A stretch of DNA of 64,000 nt from Carcharhinus longimanus (lineage: Eukaryota), in NCBI GenBank assembly GCA_030264375.1, contig JASCQW010000001.1:71110188-71174187 (forward strand). Reading direction: 5' to 3'. A program made the position numbers and the translations under genes. The first letter of the stretch is position 1. Every line of letters starts with the position of its first letter. Under the pieces are notes generated by a model. That model did not search any database. It saw only the letters and a program-made list of their open reading frames with translations, and had not been told where the DNA came from. Below, one piece after another: positions 37,572-49,702 of the stretch.

Positions 37572-38770
37572 ATGGTTGCACTTGAATGAGTTTTTCATGG
37601 GCAGGAAGGAGCTGTCAAGGTTGCATCTGCTCTTCCTTTTCCTCCTCATGTTCCTTCATCTGAGCTATTCACAGTATAGCTGGTGGCTAGGGCTGACATT
37701 CATGATACCAAAGTTTTGCAGCATGCAATAGACCACCACAAATCATGATGCCAGTTCGGCTGAGGACTGTAGGGTTCTTCCAGAGTGGACCAGGCAGCAG
37801 AAGCTTTGGGCAGGATTTTCTGGCTGTGCTTGCCCCAAGACTGGAAATTCCTGCCCAAGGTCAACAGATCTTTAAATGGTCTGCCAAATTTTCTGTCCCA
37901 CTGCTACGATTCCCACAGTGAGCTGGACCAGAAAATTTCATCCAAATGTTTCAGCACACCCACTGCCTGCTGTTTCACATTTTATGTGGCGGGATGGCTT
38001 CTATTTTGTATGTTGCTGCACAGCAGAGGCATCAGCCACGGCATCAGCAGTTAGCCCTTTCTATCCAAATAGCCACCCTTTTGATTTGCTATGGTGGCTC
38101 AAGTGCAACTGACACGGGAGACTGCCACAAAATGAAGGCATCATGACTGCTGCCAGGACACCTGAGCATTGCCCTACATCATTCTCTGCCTATGGCCATG
38201 CTCCAGGTGGATGTTAAAGGAGTACAATCCTTTTCAAATCTGATGCAGAGAGGAGTTGTCATGTGGTGCCCACAATCAATGACAATGCAGTCAATGGCAC
38301 CCTGCACCATGGTCTGAATTCCTAGCAAGATGTTTACTCCATCTGCTTCTTTCCGGTAATACTGAACACAAAGTCTTGGTGACCTTACGCAATGGCCAAT
38401 AGTAAACTGTAAAATATTGCAAATATCTCCAGCTTCAACCTAGAAAGAGTCACATGCATAAATGTTCATCGCTACAGTCACCTTCACAGCCGGCAGAAAT
38501 GTGATCCTTGTCGTGGTCTGTGGCAGCTGTTATGGTTGCAGCAAGTAGCAGATTTCAGTGAGAACAAGAACAATGAAGTACACATATTGTGCACAGGTTA
38601 TTTCTTGCTGATGTTTAGGTAGGAGAATTGTTCCCTGAAGATCCTGCATGTGTGTCACCTCCTGCTGAGACCCTTTCCCCCCCTCCTCCTTACAGCAGCT
38701 TGTCCTGCTCTGCAGGACCTCTGGTCATGCTTATTTTAAGGGGAATTCCTATTGATGTGTCTACATTTGG
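37572..38770 (-). pseudogene. PIF/Harbinger transposase fossil (HARBI1-like, DDE_Tnp_4), near full length, with stops and frameshifts
   Basis: Minus-strand motifs in order: IFREQFSYLN, VKVTVAMN, MVQGAIDC, KGLYSFNI, PGSSHDAFIL, GWLFG.KG, VGVLK-[MITE]-FCCL, CMLQNF, acidic tail. Confidence 0.9.
37808..37943. mobile_element. MITE copy E, nested in the Harbinger transposase
   Basis: GGGCAGGATTTT...AAAATTTCATCC splits the LK/QRF motif. Confidence 0.8.
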
Positions 38771-39024
38771 GACCAAGTGATTAATGCAGAGGGCTTGAAG
38801 TCAGCTCAAGATCTTTAGCACTTGCCATACAATTCCCTGTAAACTTTAATAACATTAAGCAAATATCCAAAGCAGCAAACACTTACTGAATCTTAACATA
38901 TTAATAGCTAGAAAAAATCCCTACAGTGCAGAAGGAGTCCATTAGGCCCATCGAGCCTGCACCAACGAGAATGCCACCCAGGTCCTATACCTGCAACTCC
39001 ACGTAAATCAACCAACAACTAATC

Positions 39025-40339
39025 CAGAGGTGGGCAACTATTTGGGCTGGAGGGCCACTTAACAAGTTCAGTTGAGCTGTTGAGGGTATACACATGAAAT
39101 TAATGGTGTTAATACCTCCCACTGAAATTTATTATGGTATTAATTATATGAAGACTCTCCGTGACATTTCCGCACTTATATATATTAACGTGCTAATGAA
39201 CATAGTACAGGCTTACCCAAAACTGACCTCAAGTCNNNNNNNNNNNNNNNNNNNNNNNNNNNNNNNNNNNNNNNNNNNNNNNNNNNNNNNNNNNNNNNNN
39301 NNNNNNNNNNNNNNNNNNNNNNNNNNNNNNNNNNNTACAGGCTTACCCAAAACTGACCTCAAGTCGTTGATATTATTATGAAAATATTAAAACTGCAAAA
39401 CCAGTTACCTCAATGCAGCTATAAAATTTTGTAAAACAAAAAGAAATAGTAAATTTTCAGAAAATAGCATTTTATCAATTATAGGTAGGAGTGAAATCAT
39501 ATACTAATAATCAAATATCTGCTATAAACTATTTGAACAGAACATCGTAAATGTCGGTTGCTCGATCAATAAAATATTTGATTGGACAGTAAATTATTTA
39601 CATCGGCCATGTTCAGTGGCATTCTCAAACATTTTGCTGAATCTGCTCCTGTGCTGAACACCAAGTCAGCAGGAACAAGGAGACAATGAGAAAAATACAC
39701 ATATTGTAAACCTTCTTACTGATCTTCCATGTGAGCTGTCTATCCTCCCACATGGCGACTGCACTCCATTTCTAACTTGCAAAAAGCCAACCTCCAGCCA
39801 CCTCTCTTGGCTTACCTTAAACTATTTACTGCAGTGAAGCATTCAGGGTGGGTGGGNNNNNNNNNNNNNNNNNNNNNNNNNNNNNNNNNNNNNNNNNNNN
39901 NNNNNNNNNNNNNNNNNNNNNNNNNNNNNGGTCACTGTCTGCTTGGAGTTTGCACAATCTCCCTGTATCTGTCTGGGTTTCCTCCAGGTGGTCCGGTTTC
40001 CATCAATGATAGGCCATGTTAAATTCTCCCTCAGTGAACCTGCACAGGCGCTAGAGTGTGGCAACTAGGGGATTTTCACAGTAACTTAATTGCAGTATTA
40101 GTATAAGCCTAGTTGTGACTAAATAAATAAATTTTTTAAGGGTTACTTTATACAGATAGAAGCAGATATTTAGAAGCAGATCCTCTCCTCTCAAAGTCTC
40201 TGATTCTTAAGTACTTCAATAATTGCTATAAAGCAATGCAGTCCAACGGCTGAATGGAAGGCTGCCATCGACCAGATGTGATGTGGATGTGCCGGCGTTG
40301 GATCGACCAGATGTACAGGCCATGCTTTGCCGAACCCTG
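39025..40339. mobile_element. hAT-like non-autonomous DNA transposon with a nested SINE (~39930-40135)
   Basis: Termini CAGAGGTGGGCAA / TTGCCGAACCCTG with subterminal GGCCA motifs; no clear 8-bp TSD. Confidence 0.5.
40267..40314 (-). mobile_element. 22-nt Penelope-like 3'-tip insertion with 13-bp TSD
   Basis: ATCGACCAGATGT - GATGTGGATGTGCCGGCGTTGG - ATCGACCAGATGT. Confidence 0.75.
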
Positions 40340-40819
40340 CTGTATGCAGCAGCTAATAATCCCTTTTACTAGTGCCAAAGTGGGGTTCCAAATCTTGTAC
40401 TGAGCATAGGGTCAGTTGGCAAGATGAAGAAAGGGCATTAGCTGGAGCAGTGAGCTCCAAAGTATCACTGCCATCAAACAAGTGTCGCAATCACAAACAT
40501 GGCATCTGGCACAACTTCCCCAAAAGGTGGGTGCACGATATTGTGTCAAAAGTCTTTGAACAACAGCGAAACTATCCAATACAGGAAGGAAATCCCATCT
40601 TATTGCTTCAGCACTAAAAATGTTAAATTACTTCCTGAGAACACAGTAGATGCACAACATATGGAAAGGATTAAGCAGGCTCAGTAATTAATACACACCT
40701 GGGGTTTTGCTGACTTATAAATGTCATAGTTTAGGGCTTAATGGTGTAATATTTTAATTTTATAAACCAATTGCAAAAGCAAACCAATTTTAGAAAAGAA
40801 TCATTTCTTAGGAGATAGG

Positions 40820-41536
40820 AGAAAGGAGATAGTCATCGACTTCAGGAAGCGCAGTAGAGAACATGCCCCTTTCTACATCAATGAAGATGAAGTAGAAATG
40901 GTCAACAGCCTCAAGCTTTTAGGTGTCCAGATCACCAACAACCTGTCCTGATCGCTCCACGCCAATGCTATCGTTAAGAAAGCCCACCAACATTTCTACT
41001 TTCTCAGAAAACTAAGGAAATTTGGCATGTCCACCATGAATATCACTAACTTTTCCAGATGCATCATAGAAAGCATTCTTTCTGGTTATAACATAGCTTG
41101 GTATGGCTCCTGCTCTGTCCAAGACCACAAGAATCTGCAAAGGGTCATTAATGTAACCCAATCCATCACGCAAACCAGCCTCCCATCCATTGACTCTGTT
41201 TACACTTACCGCTGCCTTGGCAAAGCAACCAGCATAATTAAGGACCCCATGCACCCCGGACATACTCTGTTCCTTCTTCCATCGGGAAAAAGATACAAAA
41301 GTTTGAGGACACGTACCAACTGACTCAAGAATAGCTTCTTCTCTGCTACTATAAGACTTTTGAATGGACCTACCTCATATTAAGTTGATCTTTCTCTACA
41401 CCCTAGCTAAAATTATAACACTACATTCTGCACCCTCTCCTTTCCTTTTCTATGTATTATATGCTTTGTAAATTGCAGAAGAAACAATACACTTCACTGT
41501 ACACTAATACATGTGACAATAATAAATCAAATCAAA
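40820..41536 (+). mobile_element. Rex1/Babar LINE 3' portion
   Basis: NFSRCIIESILSG..AWYGSC..KNLQRVI..LPSGKRYKSLRTRTN; tail AATAAATCAAATCAAA. Confidence 0.9.
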
Positions 41537-42740
41537 CTTTGATTTTCAAGTAGCTTGAGTTGCTTTATGATGCTATAAATGCAAAATGTTATCGCTGTTC
41601 CTTGCCTATCAGTGCAGTATTGGGTAATTACACTATGTGGTATGGTACCAAGTCACATTGGCTTCCTATGAAGCCTAGATTCTCATTCTTCTGGTGGAAA
41701 ATAAGTGCTTGGGGAAGGGATTTCCATGAGTTGTGATACTCCCCAAAGTAAATATAGCTTGCCAGTGTGTACTGCCAAAATGTACATGTGAAAAATGGCC
41801 ATTGAATGAACACCTGGGAGTGCTCAGACCAGGCACAAATGGACAGAGAATTCAACCTGAGGCAGTGTCTAGCTGAGAAAAGGAAAGAAAATTGTGAGTG
41901 AGGTAGAGAAATTCAGCAGCTCTAATGCACAGAAAAAAATGTTAACTAGATTTGCTTAAAAACTAATAAAGTCATGTTACTCATTATTTGACATTTCAGA
42001 ATAGTTTGAAATTAGTGACTTGAGAATTGACAGCAAGCCAATTCAGAGAAATAATCTACAATTTCAAATGACGATATAATTGTGAACCTCTGTCTCTGCC
42101 ATAGGGATTTTGGAGTTCACAGTTTGGCAGTTGTTTTAATGCTTTCACCTGCAGCATTATTGCTGCCTTCAGTAAGTCTCCCAGTGGGATCCGCTTGGCC
42201 AGGGTGCTGAGAAGGAGAAGACCACCAAAGCATGTTAGGATTGGCTGCACTGGAGTTGCTTTATTCCTATGAAGTCCTTGGGAAGGAACAGTGTGATTCA
42301 TTTGGTCAGAAACAGAACTGCAGGTGCTGTTGAAAGAATGGATCCCTTTAGTTTTCTTTCCAGATTTCCTCCACGGGTACACATGTATGGCAGCCTTAAG
42401 TGGACAAAGGGCACAATGTAATTTTCAATACATTACAATGTCCCACTCACTGATACCTGTATACCTATATTTGCAGGAAGAAGCAACCAAATCTTGATTA
42501 GTACATTTACTAGCTCCAGCTCTCAAGGTAGGTGGTGACAGAAGGCCTGATATTGATGCAAGGATTTGACTTGTCATTTGAGGATAGTTCTAAAAGAGGA
42601 AGACTTGCGCATGTCTGGCACTTTTCCTCACAATCCAGGAAAGATGAACACCAGAAAGAGAGAAACCTTGGGGATCTTTGGTGTAGACATTTAGGAGAAA
42701 GTTAAAATCAAAATGCTGCAGATGCTGGAATCTGACACAA

Positions 42741-42896
42741 AACAGAAAATGCTGGAAAATGTCAGCGGATTTGATAGCATCTGTAGAGACAGAATAGAGC
42801 CAACATTTCAAGTCAAGATCCTGACTTGAAATGTTGGCTCCATTCTCTCTCCACTGATGCCATCAGACCTGCTGAGATTTTCCAGCATTTTCTGTT
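42741..42896. repeat. Long imperfect inverted repeat (75-bp arms, 6-nt loop)
   Basis: AACAGAAAATGCTGGAAAAT...GAGCCAACATTTCAAGTCA-AGATCC-TGACTTGAAATGTTGGCTC...ATTTTCCAGCATTTTCTGTT. Confidence 0.9.
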
Positions 42897-45477
42897 CTTG
42901 ATCCAAGAGAAAATGTTGTTTTGGAGAAGATTCCAAGAGCAGAGATTATAAGCACTCCTGTGGAGGACAAAGTTCCAATGAGAACAGTTGATTCAAAAGT
43001 GATAAGCGTCTAAGAGGAATTGAGGAATCCTTTGAAGTTGCTTTGTAGTGGCATCTGTCACTTGGTTTCAGAATGTGGGGTGTCTGACCACATTTTGCCT
43101 ACTGGTTTACATGAACTGTGTACTTAGAGCATAAAATAGATTTCGTAACCAGTGTTATCCTTATAAACCTCAATATACCTGTAAAAATATAGCTGGATTT
43201 AAGGCGTAGTACATTATAAATCATTTTTTCCTGTTTGATAAACATCTTATCCTTTTATTATAACTTCATCAGTAGTTCTTCGACTGTTCAGTAGCTGCCT
43301 TTCACCCAAAATATAAGTTTGGATCTATCAAGCCAGGTTCCACCCTGGGATCTGATTAAGCTGGGTCATAACAACATTTTGAAGAGAAGGAGCAGCATGT
43401 TCAATGGGAAAGAGGAACAGAACGATCTTGGGTCACAGTGACATAAAATATTAAAAGGGGGATTGCAAGTGAAAACTATTATAAAGACATAAATAGAATA
43501 CTGGATGTGGAGTATACACACATGAGGGGTGATGAATGTCCGTGTGCCATTTCCACTGGTAACAGGTGTTCCTTAGTAACAAGAGGAAGTAAATGTAGGC
43601 ATCGAACTAGATGTGGCAGTTGAAATGCTTTTATGAAAAGCATTGTCAAAATATGTGATTACTGCAAATAGCTATTATGGCTAAGGCAAACACAGCATTT
43701 AAAAAAGGACTTGGCCAAACGCTGTAAGAGAAAACATATTAAAGGGTATGGATGGACAGCAGGGAAATACATTACAGTGGATAGCTGTAATGTCATGAGG
43801 CACAATCATCTGAACGGCCTCCTTTGATTAAATGTCTATGCCAATCTGTGTAGTCATCACTGGAACTTTCAAGCGTGGTTTTCTGATTATTTCATACACG
43901 GAAGAAGCTTTGCTAAAATAGAACAACTAGCCAGCCTAGTGCAGGCCAAAGCAGAATTCTGGTTGGTTAAATAGCTGGGATCTCCTTGTATGGAAACTGT
44001 TAAAGGAGGATCTTGTATGGCTTTCATTTAATTCATCAATGTTTCTTTGTTATCTCAAAAGATTTAACCAAAAACCCAGGGTGAGATTGTGCATGGAGTG
44101 GATGGTAGGAACAGAGTTTTACTGGAGTAGGTAGTAAATTGGGAGATACTGACCAAACTATGGGGCTTCCCCACTCTTCATGATTCATACTATAAGGGTG
44201 AATTTCAGCAGATATGCTCTGGAATCCTGTGATCGAGTCACCCAATGATTTCAGTAAAAGGCAAGATTGATTCTAGTTATCTATCTATTAAGTATCTCAT
44301 TGAAAAGATAATAAGTAAAAGAAAAGCACTGCACAGGAACAGGACCTTCAGTCCTCCAAGCCCATGCCGATCATGATGCCCTAACTAAACAATAAAAAAA
44401 ACCTTTCTGCCCTTACTCAGTCCAACTTCCATGTTAGTTCCAACATTGTTTTTACCTTTTAACATGAGCTCGCTTTCCAGCTGGGAATGTAACCTGTGGG
44501 AAGCAAATTGCAATGATAAGAAACCTTTGTAATTTTTTAGCTGCATTAGAGGTTGGCGAGATTGACCCAGAATTGGCTTTCTTTTCATCAAAAATATACT
44601 CAGATGACGAACAGAAATTTCACTTGGCTTATTTTTAGTGAACTATCTGTGAGAACCTACATGGAATTCAATGTATATGAATTTGTTATTGTTATGCTTG
44701 TGAAGAATTTACTTTATCGGTTCACTGTCAGGTCAGGCCAAATTTCAATTTAGTTTGTGAGGCATTTGAAGATAATCTTTTTTGTCTGATTGTGCCAATG
44801 GTTTGTCAGTTTTCAAGCCTTTGGTGTCAGCAAATGTTGCAGGGCTGATGGCTAGATGAGATGATTAATAACATGCTTTATTGATTGCCTGGCAAATATG
44901 GCTAAACTATGTACAAACACACAGAGTGTATCAATTTGCCAATTAATTATACATACCAGAAGTGATCAACTAAAGAAAAATGTCACCTGCCCTCGTCAAA
45001 GTGTTTTACAGTAATGTACTTTCTCCCAACTCCCCTGCACATGTAAGAATATTTTGCAATGCTGGGTGAAGCTGAGGAATTCTTAATGATAATCTATGCA
45101 TTATTTCAAAGCCTACATGTTTCAATTAATCTAAAAAATGTTGGCTCACTTAATAAAATGGAGGCATGAATTGAATCAAAATACCTTAAGAACTTTTCAA
45201 ACCTCACGCTTACCTTTGGGGAGCAGACAGCACCAGACCTTCAAGGACACTTTCCTGTGAGTGGAGGATAAACAGAGTGTGAGCCTTGGGGCCCTCGCTC
45301 ATCTTCAGGGAGCAGAGAGCATTAGATTTGAGGGGACAGTCTTCTGAGAACAGAGGATAAAGGGAGCACAAGAATCAGACCTGCATAGGGACAGCTGCCA
45401 AACAGCACGCTCAGTTTGAAATATCGAAGAGTGGCGGCACTGAAAAACAGTTGATTGTTTGGTGAGTGACTGATGGA

Positions 45478-45900
45478 TGGCACGGTGGCACAGTGTTTAG
45501 CACTGCTGCCTCACAATGCCAGGGTCCCGGGTTTGATTCCTGGCTTGGGTCAGTGCCAGTATGGAGCCTGCACATTTGTCCCATGTCTGCATGGGTTTCT
45601 TCTGGGTGCTTCAGTTTCCTCCCACAATGAGACATTGAGTAGACTGGGTCTGTACTCGTTGGAGTTTAGAAGGCTGAGGGGAGATCTTATAGAGACATAT
45701 AAATAATGAAGGGGTTAGACAGGGTAGGAACAGAGAGATTATTTCCAGTTAGAAAGGAAACAAGACCTAGAGGGCACAGCTTCAAAATAAAGGCGAGTCA
45801 ATTTAGAACAGAGTTGACGAGGAACTTCTTCTCCAAGAGGGTAGTGAATCTTTGGAATTCTCTGCTCAATGAAGCAATGGAGGCTACCTCGTTAAATGTC
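45478..45900 (+). mobile_element. V-SINE 5' half (45478-45626) directly joined to a CR1 ORF2 fragment
   Basis: SINE head followed by LSRLGLYSLEFRRLRGDLIETYK..RNFFSKRVVNLWNSL. Confidence 0.85.
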
Positions 45901-48100
45901 CAGCTTTGTCCAGAGACCCAACAGTTATTCAACATTGGACTGAACTCTGACACTTAAATCACGTCATGAATCATAAGTGCAGGATCTGCATTGGATTTTC
46001 GAACACGTGCCAGCCCCTGAGCCATGCACTTCTCAACAGGCAGCTTGGAGAAGTAGAGGTGAAACATCAGCTGAGCCAGAACAATATAACCCACTTTCAG
46101 CAAAAGCTAGAAGTGAGAGGTATGAGTGTGGAAAAATTAAAGGAAGTCAGCAATATAGAATCACAGAATGGAGACAGCACAAAAGGAGGCCAATTAGTCT
46201 GCTTTGTCTATGCTGGGAAATAAATTTTCCCTTTCTCTCTCACCATATAACAATGAATGCTGTTGGGGAGAAGACTAACAGTTCAAACCACCAGCCTTAC
46301 AGTTAACAGACAAACATGCTAACCATTTGCACCAGCAAGAGTAATACTGTATGTGTAGCCTACTATCGGAAACACATTATAATTTAGAATGTTATTAAGG
46401 CCTTTGACAATGAGCAACTGCCACAGAAATGCCTCTGACTTCATCCAGCTTTTCCTGGCATCCAACTTGTAATAGTTCAAGAGTGACTCGATGTGGCTTG
46501 AGTCAACAATAGGTCAAAATAAATTATTGTCAAAATAAAGAATAATATATACAAGATCAGACTAAATGACAATGTGACTGCTCTACTCAACCCCATGGCT
46601 CCATCTGTGAATCCCTCCTCAACCTCTGCTACCTGCCCCCCCGGCCAATTGGGTCAGCTTCCCACCGTGGTAATCCATAGGGACCTCGCCAATAATGTGG
46701 CCCTCAGGAAACAACCCCCCTCCCCGCCCCATTAAAGGGCCACACTACTTTACAGCTGAAAGTCCCTTTAAAAAAAATGTCACTCCAAGTGCTGCATCCT
46801 GACTTAGAGCACTCACAGTCAGAGAGTGGTGCAAAAACTGGTGGCAGCCAGCCCGATAATGACGCAAATGGTGTGTGTTCAAGGATCCCGGCTGTCTCTG
46901 ATGTGAGTTTTATCTACCATGATAATTGTGTTCCAGAATTGGGGATGGGAGTCAGTGCCACTGCCTCAAACTGGAATTGGGTTACATTACAGAAACCCCT
47001 GAGGGTAGTGGTGACAGATGAACCACTCCTTAGTGTTTGAATCATCGCATTAGCTAATATAATGCCTTCATGGTATGGTGCAATATTAAAGAAAATGACA
47101 CGTGGCAATTAAAACAGTGAGAACCACTTCACTTGTGACACAAATGCTGCATCTCTTTTTGAAGAGATTTCATAAAATATTTTCTCCACGTGATAACTAT
47201 TAGATTTTGAAGATCAGAAACAAGGTTTTTCGGAAGTGCCAGTTTGAATGTTTATATCCTTGAGAGTGAGCATATTTCCTTCTATTGTAATATTTAGGGA
47301 GTTTCCACAATTACAGTTATGTTTTTTAGTTTATTTTCTTGTTGGGGTGGGAGAAGGGCTGTTGAAACAGAATTATTAAATCTCCCATCATAGCATTTAA
47401 GCAGCTCGATATAAAATGACCGTATTCAGGAAGAATTTTCCCTGCCATATGTTTATATAACATTTAATGTATTTTGGCTTAGCACAGTCTTCTCTCAACA
47501 CTTATGGGAAAACAAAGTTCTGATTTCCTAATGTGGATTGAATAATAAATCCTCACTAATTTTGACAGCGAAAATGAAATATGTATATGAACCCATTGAC
47601 TGTGGCTTGTAATCAATAAAATTTATGGATTTTTGTAGCTAGTTCTGCTGTTCTCTCTGCTAGAGCACAGAACTGCAATTTCCTCTGGTGGTTCTGTTGG
47701 GAGTTAGTTCATGATTCAAATTTAAATATGCACGTGATACATTTTCCTGGTGTCAGAAGCAAGTTTCCAATGTAAATGCATGGATGGAGTCTGTGAGTTG
47801 TCAGTTAAGAGGTAGGAATGGCTGTTCTTATTTTTAAAGTAATCTTCATATTTTCCTGCTTGCCTCATTTTTAATTGCTTTAAGTAGTAACTGTTCTCAG
47901 AAACTGCCAAAAGGAAAGTCTGCAGAGCAGTCAGCTCAGGTTTTAATTTCTATCTCAGGTCACCTTTGCCAGATTTCATTGCTAACAAAAATCATTTCCA
48001 GGCCCAAATGCAGTGTTATATATCGAGAGCTCACCAGAGGAAAGAGGCCCGAGCAGAAATTGCTTCTCCGGCTGCAGTCAGACACAGGCTGGACAAATTT

Positions 48101-48208
48101 GGGTGGAATTTTCCCATCCCACCTGCATAGGAATCGTAGCGGGCAGGACAGGACCATACAAAGTCCACTGTTCACAGGTGGGGCAAGCGCAGCTGGAAAA
48201 TCCTGCCC
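48101..48208. mobile_element. MITE copy F, internally deleted
   Basis: GGGTGGAATTTT...AAAATCCTGCCC. Confidence 0.75.
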
Positions 48209-48224
48209 AGTGTCCAAGTTCCAC

Positions 48225-48985
48225 ACTGAAGGTCATCAGCACAGATTTGTTAAAGGAAAATCACATTTAATTAATTTTTTTGAGTTTTTTGAGGAGATAA
48301 AAGAAGGTGCTGAGGTTAATGTGGTCAATGTAGCGTCCATGAATTTCCAAAAGGCTTTTGATAAAGTATCTTAATGATTAGCCTAAGCAGTGAATTTGGA
48401 GGCCCTGGAATTAAAGGGACAGTGACAGCATAGTTGGAAGAGTGACACAAAACAATGATGAATTGTTCTTTTTCGACTAAAGGAGAGGTATGCAGTGGGG
48501 TTTCCCCAGGACCCGGCACTACAACCCACTACTATTTGATACTTATTAATGACTGAGACTTGGGTGTGTATCTCAGGACTTCGGATGGCACAAAATGTGG
48601 AGCTATGGAGAGGATAGTGATAATCCTCAAGAATATTTAGGGTGGCACAGTGTTTAACGCCACAACGCTAAGGACCCAGGTTCAATTCCAGCCTCAGGAC
48701 ACTGTCTGTGTGGAGTTTGCATGTTCTCCCCGTGTCTTTGTGGGTTTACTCCAGATACTCCTGTTTCCTCCCACAGTCCAAATATGTGCATGTTAAGCAG
48801 ATTGGCCATGCTAAATTGCGCTTTAGTGTCAAGGAGACTAGCAGAGTAAATACATGGAGTTATGGGGATAGGACATAGGTGGGATTGTTATCAGTGTGGG
48901 TTCAATGGGCTGAATGGCCTCTTTCTACCTTGTAGGTATGGTGTATATAGAGACTGGTGGAATAGGCAGACACTTGACGGATGTT
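48225..48985 (+). mobile_element. CR1 reverse transcriptase fragment with an HE1 SINE nested at ~48641-48943
   Basis: QHRFVKGKSHLINFFEFFEEI..MNFQKAFDKV and SGVSPG (GVPQG-like). Confidence 0.8.
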
Positions 48986-49702
48986 AACATTAAGTTGACT
49001 TGGGAGTCTAGGAATTTAAAGTTAAAACTTTCCAAAGGTCTAAGGAGCTTGGGTCTTGTGGTGCCTTGCATTGCTGAGTCAATTTTGGGTTAAAAAATCA
49101 ATTTTGATGTCTCTGGTCCAAATCCATTGGCTATTAGCACATCTACAGAGATAACAAGTCTCTTTATGAGTCCAGGATGAGTAGGTAGACCATCTACTGC
49201 TCCCTTAGTTTGTTGATTGTAATGCGGCCAGACAATGATATGCATGAAATTCCACAAGGTAAAGGTTGGACTTTTGTCCTGTGATGATTGTTGGTTATTT
49301 CCAGGACCGTAGTCAACTTGCAACTCATGTGACCTACAGCAGCTATGTTGTTTGGTCCAGTAGAGTCCAATTTTAAATGAGAAAGTGAGGTTTGATTTGA
49401 CAAGTTTATGATCGCTTTCCTGTCTTAACAACAGCTGTAACAAGACTCCTCTACTTTTCTATTTCATCCCATTTACAATAAAGGCTACTATTCCATTTGC
49501 CTCCTTGCTGTACCTGCATGGTAAAGTTGCACGATTTATTGTGCAAGAACACCCAGTTCCCTTGGTGCTGCATCATTCTGTCATCTCTTTCCATTTGGAT
49601 AATATGCTTTCCTAAACTTCCTCCCCAAATGGATAACTTCACATTTCAAAAGCTGATAAGGGGCACCTGATTTGAAGAAGGGGTCTCTATAACCTACAGT
49701 CA

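Noticed and set aside
37572-38770. Host HARBI1 gene
   Set aside because: Multiple stops, frameshifts and a MITE insertion; it is a dead transposon copy.
39206-39365. Identical 30-bp repeat TACAGGCTTACCCAAAACTGACCTCAAGTC flanking a 100-N gap
   Set aside because: Same scaffolding artefact.
47945-48100. Acceptor-like TTTCTATCTCAG followed by an open frame
   Set aside because: No recognisable protein, no good donor site, and the frame runs into a MITE.
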